NCBI GenBank assembly: GCA_038134595.1
Contig: JAYPVM010000008.1
Span: forward strand, 1,461-65,460
From: Pseudomonadota bacterium
GTDB taxonomy: Bacteria; Bdellovibrionota_C; UBA2361; OMII01
Direction: 5' to 3'
DNA: 64,000 bases
A program made the position numbers and the translations under genes. Shown in pieces: positions 26,227 through 35,349 of this stretch (position 1 is the first letter of the stretch; every line of letters begins with the position of its first letter). The notes beneath the pieces are model-generated. The model made no database searches and was not told where the DNA came from. It saw nothing but the letters and a program-made list of their open reading frames with translations.

Positions 26227-28158
26227 ATGGCAAAGAAAGCTTCATACAGTGCGGTTGATATCGAAGTTTTGGAGGGTCTAGAGCCCGTTCGAAAACGTCC
26301 TGGTATGTATATTGGGGGTACCGACGGCCCTACTGGTTTACATCATCTTGTAAAAGAGATTCTCGACAACTCTGTCGACGAGGCGATGAACGGTCATGCC
26401 GATACAATCACAATTACGCTCCACAAAGATTCTGAGAGTGTCACTGTATCAGATAACGGACGAGGAATTCCGGTAGATATTCACCCGAAGTTTAAGAAGT
26501 CGGCGTTGGAGCTTATCCTTACGACATTGCATGCGGGTGGTAAATTCAGTGACCACAATTACATAACTGCTGGGGGTTTGCATGGTGTCGGTGCTTCGGT
26601 TGTAAATGCACTCTCTGAAAAACTTGAAGCTACTGTGCATCGAGACGGTCGCGAGTGGACACAGGCATTTGCAAGGGGTAAGACGGTTGCGAAAATAAAG
26701 AAGGGACCAGCTACAAAGAAGACTGGCACCTCGATATTTTTTCGGCCTGATTCAGAGATATTTCGTTCCATTGAGTTCTCTGCCGAGCGATTAGAAAAGA
26801 TAATCGAAGAGAAGGCTTTTCTCTACAAGGGATTAAAGCTTGTCTTTGTCGATGAGCAGGCAGGTTCGAAGAAAACGTTTCTTTATCCAGATGGAATTAA
26901 GTCGTATCTACAGTCGATGTTAGAAGCCTCGAAGACTAAGCCTATCGGCGGCGAATGTTTCGATATGGATAGGGCAAATGGCATCAAGGTAGAGGTGGCA
27001 TTTTGTTGGACCGAGGCGACGCATGAGAAGATGTATTCGTATGTCAACGGCATTCACACCAAAGGCGGCGGTACTCACGAAGATGGATTTAAGTCCGGGC
27101 TCTCAAAGGCGATTCGAAACTATATATCGGTGCACAATGCATTGCCAAAGGGAGTAAAGATTTCAGCGGATGACATACGAGAGGGCTTGGTTGCTGTTAT
27201 ATCAGTTAGTGTGCCAGGTTCGGTTAGCCAGTTGCAGTTTCAAGGCCAAACAAAAGACAGGCTTAATAATCCTGAGATTGAGTCTCCCGTAGATGCATTG
27301 GTTAAAACGTTCGAAAATATCTTGAACAGCAAGCCTAGCGTTGCCAACGCGCTTCTCGAGCGGATTACGTTGGCGGCTAAGGCAAGGGCGGCGGCGCGGT
27401 CAGCTTCGCAGAGTGTTAGTCGAAAGGTTGGTATCAGTCATAGGCTTAATCTGCCGGGTAAGCTTGCTGATTGTTCGTCAACGAAACCCGATAAGTCTGA
27501 AGTGTTTATCGTAGAGGGAGATTCTGCAGGTGGAAGTGCCAAGCAGGGTAGAGATCGATCAACGCAAGCTGTATTGCCGTTACGGGGTAAGATATTAAAC
27601 TCAGTAGCTACAACGCAGGCTAAGCTAAATGACAATAAGGAGCTCCTTGATTTAGTGTCGGCTCTTGGTTGTGGAATGGGTAAAAACATTCGCCTAGAAA
27701 AATTGCGTTATTCAAAGGTTATTATCCTTACCGATGCGGATGCAGATGGTATGCATATCTCGGCGTTGTTGATGGCGTTTTTCTTTAAGTTTATGCGCCC
27801 CTTAGTAGAGGCGGGTCATTTGTATATCGGTATTTCGCCTCTCTATCGGCTCAAATTTGGCGGGGGCTCCAAGGAAAAAGTTACCTGGGTCTATTCCGAT
27901 GAAGAGAAGGAGCGGGTGCTGAAAGATAAAGCCGCGCGGAGCAAGGTGCATATTACAAGATTTAAAGGATTAGGAGAGATGAACCCTGATACGTTGTGGG
28001 AGACAACCCTTAATCCCAAAACTCGCAAGCTTTTGCAGATTACCATAGAGGAGGCAAGTGAGGTCGAAGAGATGTTACAGAGCCTCTTGGGGAAGGATTC
28101 CTCGGATCGATACAGACTTATTCAAGAGAATGCACACCGCTTAGAAGTGGATGTTTAG
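26227..28158 (+). CDS. parE: Type IIA topoisomerase subunit B, ParE-like
   Basis: GHKL motifs EILDNSVDEA and DNGRGIP. Toprim motifs EGDSAGGSAKQGRDR and PLRGKILN. Length is 643 aa. Confidence 0.8.
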   Translation: MAKKASYSAVDIEVLEGLEPVRKRPGMYIGGTDGPTGLHHLVKEILDNSVDEAMNGHADTITITLHKDSESVTVSDNGRGIPVDIHPKFKKSALELILTTLHAGGKFSDHNYITAGGLHGVGASVVNALSEKLEATVHRDGREWTQAFARGKTVAKIKKGPATKKTGTSIFFRPDSEIFRSIEFSAERLEKIIEEKAFLYKGLKLVFVDEQAGSKKTFLYPDGIKSYLQSMLEASKTKPIGGECFDMDRANGIKVEVAFCWTEATHEKMYSYVNGIHTKGGGTHEDGFKSGLSKAIRNYISVHNALPKGVKISADDIREGLVAVISVSVPGSVSQLQFQGQTKDRLNNPEIESPVDALVKTFENILNSKPSVANALLERITLAAKARAAARSASQSVSRKVGISHRLNLPGKLADCSSTKPDKSEVFIVEGDSAGGSAKQGRDRSTQAVLPLRGKILNSVATTQAKLNDNKELLDLVSALGCGMGKNIRLEKLRYSKVIILTDADADGMHISALLMAFFFKFMRPLVEAGHLYIGISPLYRLKFGGGSKEKVTWVYSDEEKERVLKDKAARSKVHITRFKGLGEMNPDTLWETTLNPKTRKLLQITIEEASEVEEMLQSLLGKDSSDRYRLIQENAHRLEVDV

Positions 28159-28495
28159 TGCTTCTTTTCTTATAACGACATGTAATTGCGGGTGAATTTA
28201 CGTTTTTGGTAAATACCGTCGTTGTAACAGAAGTCTAACAGGCTCTTTTATTCCGATTGTGATACACCCAGAAATTGTAACACCTACTAACCGGTGCCTG
28301 TTTGGTTTGTGAAACGGGTTGGTTTGGGGTGGTTGTAAGAGCTGGTTTTTGTACTGGTGGAGTAGCCTCTTTGGAAACCTTACGTTGCTTCGGGCACTTA
28401 GGGATATTTAGATGGTTATGGGAGAACGGTAGCTTCTCCCTGGCTAGTTGCCAGAGTGTATTATGCGGCGCTCTGTGTGTGGGTAGTGGGGAGCT

Positions 28496-28521
28496 AAGGC
28501 ATATGTAATGCCTTTATTTTT
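28496..28521 (+). terminator. Rho-independent-type terminator hairpin
   Basis: AAGGCAT-atgta-ATGCCTT (7-bp stem) followed by TATTTTT. It lies 340 nt downstream of the parE stop and 125 nt upstream of the next CDS. Confidence 0.45.
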
Positions 28522-28647
28522 CATGCTATTTACACTACCCCAGAGAATGTACTATGTATCTCAAAGGTTTAAGTGTTGTGAGATGCTATCCCCCAGATAC
28601 CCAGCGATTTTTCAGTCACGTTGCTAACACGGGAGGATAAAAGTAGT

Positions 28648-29520
28648 ATGCTCACAGAAGAGTTGGTATCTAGGCAGTTCATGGCGAAAGGGATTTTTAA
28701 GTTTGTAAGGCAGTCTCTGCTAAAGGGTGGCTCTGAGGATCCCTTGTGGCTTAAACAGGAGCAAGAGCCTGATTTTAGAACGGTTGAAATGGGTACGCAG
28801 GGCCCTGAACTCGTACTTTTGCACGGACTCTTTGGGGCACTCTCGAACTGGGATACTGTACAACCGCTAATGGCGCAGTATGCAAAACCTATTGCGCTAA
28901 GCCTCCCGCTTTTGGGATCGCATCGTTCTGAGGTGCGAGTGAAGGCATTGTCGCTGTATGCAGAGTATTTTGTTCGTTCTCGTGACTTTGCGCCGGTGTC
29001 GCTTTGTGGAAACTCATTGGGGGGGCATGTTGCGCTTCGTATGTGTTTAGCCGCGCCAGAATTGGTTGATTGCTTGATTCTGACAGCAACGAGTGGTTTG
29101 TATGAGCACTCTGTTGACTCTCTTCCAGTTCGACCCGGATACAAGTTTGTGCGAGAGCACATGGAAAAGGTCTTCTTCAATCAGGAGTTTGTCACGGAGG
29201 AGGCGATCGGTGAAATCGTCTCGATTTTGGAGAAGAAAACAAACGTCCTAAACCTTATCCATGCGGCACGCAGCGCTAAAAAAGATAATTTGAAAGATCT
29301 TTTGGGTGAAATTAATGTGCCTACACTGTTGTTGTGGGGAGAGGATGATCTCGTTACAACGATGGATGTGGCGGAGCAGTTTCATAAGCTCATTCCTAAT
29401 TCAGAGCTTGTCAGCATCAAGAACTGCGGACATGCCCCTATGATAGAGCACCCAGAGTGGTTCTCCGAAGAGGTGCAGAAGTTTTTGGCCAAGCATTCCA
29501 GACATTCAGTGGGGCATTGA
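28648..29520 (+). CDS. Alpha/beta hydrolase
   Basis: VLLHGLFGALSNW and GNSLGGHVA (GxSxG), with a late GHAPMIEHPE. The ATG at 28648 has GGGAGGA upstream. The track start at 28621 is a TTG. Confidence 0.8.
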   Translation: MLTEELVSRQFMAKGIFKFVRQSLLKGGSEDPLWLKQEQEPDFRTVEMGTQGPELVLLHGLFGALSNWDTVQPLMAQYAKPIALSLPLLGSHRSEVRVKALSLYAEYFVRSRDFAPVSLCGNSLGGHVALRMCLAAPELVDCLILTATSGLYEHSVDSLPVRPGYKFVREHMEKVFFNQEFVTEEAIGEIVSILEKKTNVLNLIHAARSAKKDNLKDLLGEINVPTLLLWGEDDLVTTMDVAEQFHKLIPNSELVSIKNCGHAPMIEHPEWFSEEVQKFLAKHSRHSVGH

Positions 29521-29708
29521 TCTACTCTGAAGGGCTATCAAAATGCCTGTATCTGACGGGATTTTGTTGTTTTACCTGCTTTGACTCTGGATTTCGGAGC
29601 ATAAGACCGTTAGTATTATTACGTTTTTAGGCCGTGGAGTCGGGGAAGGCGTTGTTTGTCGGGTAGCCCCTGATGATACGTTTTAGAGTCAAGCAGGGAG
29701 AATCAACC

Positions 29709-30260
29709 ATGGAGCGAACGGAATCGAGTCAGAGTTTTTCATTAGGGAGTACGCTACCGCAGTTTGAGTTGCGAAATGTGGATGGAGAGATGCTTGGGTC
29801 GGCATACTTAGCATCGGGCAAAGCCATGCTGGTAGCTTTTTTGTGCAACCATTGTCCCTATGTAAAGGGAAGCGAGGAGATGCTTATTGATGTTGTTCGT
29901 ACATTTGAAGCAGACGGACTCAAGACAGTTGCGATTAACAGCAACGATGCCGTGAAGTATCCTGAGGATAGTTTTGAAAAGATGAAGGAAAAACATGCGC
30001 AGATGGAACTGCCGTATCCGTATCTTTATGATGAGACGCAGGATGTTGCGAGATTGTTTGATGCCGCATGTACCCCCGAATTCTATCTCTTTGATGCTAC
30101 GAAGACACTTGTCTACCACGGCACTATCAATGACAGCCCGCGAGACCCAACGAGCGTTTCAAAGGATTATCTGTCGGAGGCGATCGCCTCTGTCTTGGAA
30201 GGGCAAACGCCTGACCCTCAGTTTGTTCATCCACTTGGTTGTTCCATAAAATGGAAATAG
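29709..30260 (+). CDS. Thioredoxin-fold thiol-disulfide oxidoreductase / peroxiredoxin-like protein
   Basis: FLCNHCPYV (CxxC in a redoxin context). The ATG at 29709 has GGGAG upstream. Confidence 0.75.
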   Translation: MERTESSQSFSLGSTLPQFELRNVDGEMLGSAYLASGKAMLVAFLCNHCPYVKGSEEMLIDVVRTFEADGLKTVAINSNDAVKYPEDSFEKMKEKHAQMELPYPYLYDETQDVARLFDAACTPEFYLFDATKTLVYHGTINDSPRDPTSVSKDYLSEAIASVLEGQTPDPQFVHPLGCSIKWK

Positions 30261-30317
30261 AGGGATACATTTTAATGGGGCTGAGACCGACGAGCTTTCA
30301 GTATAAGGAGTAAACAC

Positions 30318-32303
30318 ATGACGTTAGAACTAGATAAGATTAATCGATTAGCAACGACTGTTCGCACCCTCTCAATAGATGCGATTCAGAAAGCCAACAG
30401 CGGACATCCGGGATTGCCGTTGGGTGCTGCAGATTTTACCTCTGTTTTGTGGTCGAAGTATTTGAGGATTAATCCAAAAGATCCTCAATGGATAAATAGA
30501 GACAGGTTTGTTCTCTCTGCAGGACACGGATGTATGGTTCTTTACTCCATGTTGCACCTATATGGCTACGACTTGCCTATGTCCGAGATTCAGAAGTTTC
30601 GGCAGTGGGAGAGTCAGACACCGGGTCATCCGGAATTTGGATATACGGCAGGGGTTGAGAGTACCACTGGCCCACTTGGACAGGGCGCGGCAAATAGTGT
30701 TGGATTAGCCTTGTCGAGCAAGATGCTCGGCGCTCGATACGGTGAAGATATCTTTAACTATCGAGTTTTTGCACTCGTGAGTGATGGAGACTTAATGGAA
30801 GGAGTTGCGGCTGAGGCGGCATCGCTTGCTGGTCACTTAAAGCTCAATAACCTCGTCTATCTCTATGATGATAACCAGATATCGCTTGCGGGGAACACTG
30901 ACCTGTGTTTTTCCGAATCTGTAGCAGATAGGTACGAGTCGTATGGCTGGTTTGTGCAGTCGTGTGATGGTCACGATCCTGCCGCTGTGGAAGCGTGTCT
31001 CGATAAGGCGCTTGCGCAGTCTGATAAGCCAAGCATTATCTGTTGTCGAACTGTTTTGGGATATGGAAGCCCGAACAAGAAAAACACGCACGATGCCCAC
31101 GGTGCTCCTCTAGGAGCTGATGAAATTAAAGCTACCAAGAAAGCGCTCGGATGGCCTGAGGATGCACAATTCTTGGTGCCAGAGGATGTGCAGGGTTTTA
31201 TTGCTGATAATGTTGAGCAGAAACTTGTTGGATATAGTGCATGGCAGGAAGCGTTTGCGCAATGGAAGACAGGTTCGCCTTCGTTGGCGGAGCAGTTAGA
31301 CCAACAGTTGCGTCGCGAGATTCCAGGAGCTCTTAAAGCAGATCTCTTAGGTGTTTTTAGTGAACCTAAGAGCGATGCTACGAGAAATCTGTCAGGTAAG
31401 GCTATTCAGGTCATAGCTAAGCACTTACCAGGATTTGTTGGGGGATCGGCTGATCTTGATCCGTCGACGAAGACGGCTATCAAGGATGGCGGTAACGTCG
31501 CGGCGGGTAGCTTTGCTGGTAAGAATATTCATTTTGGGGTTCGTGAGCACGCCATGGGTTCAATGGCAAACGGACTCGCATACACACAGTCGTGGATACC
31601 GTATACCGCAACGTTCTTGGTGTTCTCTGACTACATGCGTCCGGCGATGAGGGTGGGGGCAATATCTCATCTGCAGGCGTTATACATATTCACTCACGAT
31701 AGTTTCTGGGTTGGGGAAGATGGTCCGACGCATGAGCCTATTGAGCACGTTATGAGTCTTCGACTTATTCCAAATATGTACGTGTTTAGACCTGCTGACG
31801 GAATAGAAGTTGCGATGAGCTACTATGCGGCGCTTGAGCGAAAGAATGGCCCAAGCTCTCTTATCTTTAGTAGACAGAATGTACCAGTTTTGGAGAGGCC
31901 CGAGGGATGGTCGCCAGATGAGGTGCTACGAGGAGGTTACGTCCTCAAAGATGCTGACCGTCCTTCAGTGCAGATCGTTGCCACTGGCTCAGAAGTTGGT
32001 CTCGCTGTAGAGGCGGCCGCTTTACTAGAAGCCTCAGGTGTCGCGACTCGGGTTGTCTCAATGCCTTGTGTTGAACTGTTCAATGCACAGGATAGTCAGT
32101 ACCAGGAAGCAATTTTGCCGCGCGATGTAAAGACAGTCGTCATAGAGGCAGGCACTACCGTAGGATGGGGCTCTCTACTCGATAGACGAGTGGAAGCAAT
32201 CGGAATCGATCATTACGGTGCGTCAGCTCCAGGTGATGTGTTAGCAGAAAAGTTTGGGTTTACCCCATCTGCTGTTGAAGCAAAGATTCGAGCGGTGCTT
32301 TAA
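30318..32303 (+). CDS. tkt: Transketolase
   Basis: [40 protein letters not shown]. Length is 661 aa. Confidence 0.95.
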   Translation: MTLELDKINRLATTVRTLSIDAIQKANSGHPGLPLGAADFTSVLWSKYLRINPKDPQWINRDRFVLSAGHGCMVLYSMLHLYGYDLPMSEIQKFRQWESQTPGHPEFGYTAGVESTTGPLGQGAANSVGLALSSKMLGARYGEDIFNYRVFALVSDGDLMEGVAAEAASLAGHLKLNNLVYLYDDNQISLAGNTDLCFSESVADRYESYGWFVQSCDGHDPAAVEACLDKALAQSDKPSIICCRTVLGYGSPNKKNTHDAHGAPLGADEIKATKKALGWPEDAQFLVPEDVQGFIADNVEQKLVGYSAWQEAFAQWKTGSPSLAEQLDQQLRREIPGALKADLLGVFSEPKSDATRNLSGKAIQVIAKHLPGFVGGSADLDPSTKTAIKDGGNVAAGSFAGKNIHFGVREHAMGSMANGLAYTQSWIPYTATFLVFSDYMRPAMRVGAISHLQALYIFTHDSFWVGEDGPTHEPIEHVMSLRLIPNMYVFRPADGIEVAMSYYAALERKNGPSSLIFSRQNVPVLERPEGWSPDEVLRGGYVLKDADRPSVQIVATGSEVGLAVEAAALLEASGVATRVVSMPCVELFNAQDSQYQEAILPRDVKTVVIEAGTTVGWGSLLDRRVEAIGIDHYGASAPGDVLAEKFGFTPSAVEAKIRAVL

Positions 32304-32331
32304 GATAGCCATTCTCCAGCGCGCTATCACA

Positions 32332-34173
32332 TCACGTAAGGGCTATTCGGAGGTATGAGACCTCAGAGGAGGTGCCTGAGACGGTGTGAGTTCTGTCTTG
32401 TGCTCGTGGATCTTGTATGGTGATAGAGTACGAGACGCCGAGAGGAATGTTTTGAAAGATGAAGATTCCATCCTCTGTGGTAGTACACTCGCCGAGCTCG
32501 GAGCTGGTTAGCTTTGCATTGTGAGCAGGTTTCATAGAATCGGCAAAAAATACGATGCCAGCGACATCTGCAACGAGGCCTGTAGATGATAAGTCTGTTG
32601 CGATAGTGGATGGAGAAAATTCATTGAGCGCATCCTCGAGAGCTTTTGCAAGTTCCTCGTGTTCGGACTCGTTGAAATCGAGATCTTCGAGATCTCTTGA
32701 GAGTAACTGAGCCTGCAGCTGTGCCGCTAGTCGAGCAGATGTTCGCACGGCTAAAGCTGGACCAATGATACCAATCGCTAACCCTGTTGCGATAGTAAGA
32801 CAGACATTTTCGATAGAGCTATCTAAGGAACGAAGTAGGGAGATATCGCCCGAGCTTCCCGCGTATCTTCGTAGCGAAGCGATTATCTCAGGGATGCCCT
32901 TTGTCAGAATTGAAGAGACTTTATGTTGTTCTAGTTGCTCGGTTCGAGGCGTGACGTCGCGACAGGGGTCGTATTTCGATGCTTCAACAGCTGAATTTGT
33001 GATTGCCTTGATGCTCCGTGGAGGGATTGGATTCGATGAGCTCCGATCGTTGTGTTGTAAATCTGGACTCGTTGATTGTGTTTGGCCCCTCGGAGCCGGA
33101 TTCTTAGATAGCTCTTGGCGTCCCTGAATATTGAGAGGATGCTGGTGCTGCTCAGAAGTGACTGCTCGAGTGACTGGAGAGACCTGTATGATTTGGTTCT
33201 CGAGAAGAGTTAGATTATCAAAGAGACTCTGTCGTGCCGTTGTTACCTCTTGAGATGGCTGATGGAGAGCATAGTTTTGTGGTGCAAGTGTCAAGTCATT
33301 GCTTGTCCTGTCTTGAGTCGGATAGGTAAAGGTATGTGGTGCTTGGTCATCGTGAAATGACCCATGTATCTGCTGAAGAAGGCGAATGTGATCAAGCCTT
33401 TGTTCAGCTCGTAAGTCTTGTGCTTGTTCGGTGTTTTGTTGATGCGTTTCTACTTGGCGTTCGATAGGTGTTGTATCTGTCGCAAACACGTTTGAGCTGT
33501 CTTGCGTGGCATCAGTATTAGTGGTCGCTGTTACTACAGGCTCTGCCTCACGTGTAGAATGTGCAGGCGTAAGGGAGTGAGAGTCGTGGGTTGGCGAGAC
33601 CTGGGTGTCGCGGTCTGTTGAAACGGCGAGGGTTTCTTTTGAATCACGCACTATTACGGGAGCCTCTCCTTTCTCTGCTGGGAATGTTTTTTCGTCGACA
33701 GGAGATCTTGATTCAGAGGGCCGTTTTTGTTTCATGTCAGAGGTAGGCTCTGCTTTGTGTGATATCTCCGATACGCTCTTTTGGTCGCCTTGGGTTGCTT
33801 CCTTCTGCAGTAGCTTTGGAGCTGAATCGCCCCAAGGATTGCCGCGAGATCGATTGAGTGCTGTGTGTTGTTGTATTTCTCTGTGAGAGTCCAAATGTTG
33901 GGAATGTACAAGTCCTGGAGTTGTAGCCCCCGCGTTGTTTAGTGGTCGGTAATGGTGTGGTGAAGCGGTAGTTGGATGTTCAATCGATACAAGCTCACGA
34001 CCCAGTACAACTCTATCAAGCACTGCTTTGAGTAGCTCAATTCTAATAGCGCCGTAGTCTACAAGACCTCCAGCGGTGCTGATAGTTTCCAATGAGCTTG
34101 ATGAAGCGGTATCGGTGTCCGTTTGTTTTGATGGCGCATCAGGTGCTTGTGATGGAGAGGGGTGTGATGCCAT
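32332..34173 (-). CDS. Orphan 613-aa protein: ~450-aa low-complexity Ser/Thr/Gln/His-rich region, one TM-like helix, and a C-terminal beta-sandwich-like (CarboxypepD_reg-like) segment
   Basis: Long ORF. TM-like LTIATGLAIGIIGPALAV. C-terminal TEDGIFIFQNIPLGVSYSITIQD resembles the carboxypeptidase-regulatory-like fold signature. Confidence 0.55.
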   Translation of the reverse strand: MASHPSPSQAPDAPSKQTDTDTASSSSLETISTAGGLVDYGAIRIELLKAVLDRVVLGRELVSIEHPTTASPHHYRPLNNAGATTPGLVHSQHLDSHREIQQHTALNRSRGNPWGDSAPKLLQKEATQGDQKSVSEISHKAEPTSDMKQKRPSESRSPVDEKTFPAEKGEAPVIVRDSKETLAVSTDRDTQVSPTHDSHSLTPAHSTREAEPVVTATTNTDATQDSSNVFATDTTPIERQVETHQQNTEQAQDLRAEQRLDHIRLLQQIHGSFHDDQAPHTFTYPTQDRTSNDLTLAPQNYALHQPSQEVTTARQSLFDNLTLLENQIIQVSPVTRAVTSEQHQHPLNIQGRQELSKNPAPRGQTQSTSPDLQHNDRSSSNPIPPRSIKAITNSAVEASKYDPCRDVTPRTEQLEQHKVSSILTKGIPEIIASLRRYAGSSGDISLLRSLDSSIENVCLTIATGLAIGIIGPALAVRTSARLAAQLQAQLLSRDLEDLDFNESEHEELAKALEDALNEFSPSTIATDLSSTGLVADVAGIVFFADSMKPAHNAKLTSSELGECTTTEDGIFIFQNIPLGVSYSITIQDPRAQDRTHTVSGTSSEVSYLRIALT

Positions 34174-34298
34174 AGATAAGATACCAACAAAGCCAATGAA
34201 TTTGTAACGTCCGCGGAAGTTATATCTACGGTATGGCGTGTTTTTTACGTGATGGTACTTAATGAATATGGATTATTATCAATGAATCCAGGTAAGTA

Positions 34299-35042
34299 CT
34301 AGAAAGGAGCGGCGTGTCTTGGGTATTGTCTCGTGATGTATCGAGCGTAAGCCTTTGCAAGTGCTCTGTAGCCCTTTGATGAGGGATGTAAATTGTCAGA
34401 GGAGAGAAGTCTCTTGCTCACCCTGTCGAATCGCAAATCGGCGGGGGATGATGTCGAATGAGAGGCCTTAATAAATTCATTAAGCTCTGCGACCCACGGA
34501 CCTTGAGAACCTCGATTTGGTAACACCAGGACTGCTATCGTTACAACGGGCGATGTGCCTTGAAGCTCTGAGACTGTATTGGCTAGGAGGCGCTGAATGC
34601 GCTTTAAGTTTCTGTATGCTTTTTGGGGAGGCCCGAATAACCAGCGGTCGTTTCGACCGATATCTATCGTAACAAGATCTGCCGTGAGTATATCGGCAAG
34701 CATATCTTCATAACCGGAGCCATTAAATGCCGAGCGAATGCGCTTTAAGAGAGCACCCGTACGCAGTCCGGCTACACCGTGTGCCTTAAGTGTACTTGTA
34801 GGAAGCCGGGCTTGAGCTCGAACTACATAGCCCCCATTACCACGAAGCTTTCTATCTCCGAAGCCCGTTACAAAACTATCTCCTAATGCTACGACCGTAA
34901 CGACTCCGTCGCAGTTTCGGTCGGGGAGGTTCTCATCTGTAGTGCATTGAGAAAAAGCTTTTTCTACCCCTGACAGTAAAAATACGACGAAACAGCAGAA
35001 AGTTGTCACGTGTCTACAAGTCTTAAGAGATGGGTTTTTCAT
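34299..35042 (-). CDS. Secreted SGNH/GDSL hydrolase
   Basis: Signal-peptide-like N-terminus, block I VVALGDSFVTG, GRND, and late DNLHPS. Confidence 0.8.
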   Translation of the reverse strand: MKNPSLKTCRHVTTFCCFVVFLLSGVEKAFSQCTTDENLPDRNCDGVVTVVALGDSFVTGFGDRKLRGNGGYVVRAQARLPTSTLKAHGVAGLRTGALLKRIRSAFNGSGYEDMLADILTADLVTIDIGRNDRWLFGPPQKAYRNLKRIQRLLANTVSELQGTSPVVTIAVLVLPNRGSQGPWVAELNEFIKASHSTSSPADLRFDRVSKRLLSSDNLHPSSKGYRALAKAYARYITRQYPRHAAPF

Positions 35043-35142
35043 AACGATTATCTGTCAATTAACTGAATATCTCCCGCATGAGGTTATCAAAATGCTTCTT
35101 ACAATACCACTTGTTTGAGGGTCAAGGCGAAAGGGATGACAG

Positions 35143-35171
35143 TACAATTTTGCCCCCCTTCTGGCCGATAT
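35143..35171 (+). promoter_or_regulatory. Possible sigma-28 (FliA)-type promoter upstream of fliK
   Basis: GCCGATAT at 35164-35171 matches GCCGATAA at 7 of 8 positions. TACAATTT at 35143-35150 matches TAAAGTTT at 6 of 8. The spacer is 13 nt rather than 11. Confidence 0.2.
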
Positions 35172-35349
35172 TGCCGACTGGAGGCGGGGATATCTAAGCT
35201 AACTCCCTTAAAAGACCAACTTCCCACCGTGGCAAAAGAATTGCTCTGCTGAGAGCACAAAACAGATTTGTGGGATGGTGCAGGACGCAACTACTAGAGC
35301 TTACGAATAAGCGACCCACGTAAAAAGAGAACCGTAGAGAGAAATCTTT

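Noticed and set aside
23857-28158. Calling the topoisomerase pair gyrA/gyrB
   Set aside because: The A-then-B gene order, the 781-aa A subunit with no GyrA-box-like motif seen, and the 643-aa B subunit all favour ParC/ParE. This rests on inspection only, so the symbols are provisional.
28302-28508. 68-aa ORF in the parE-downstream spacer
   Set aside because: Its Gly/Cys/Trp/Val-rich composition follows from the G/T-rich DNA, and it has no RBS. I interpret the region as non-coding or structured RNA instead.
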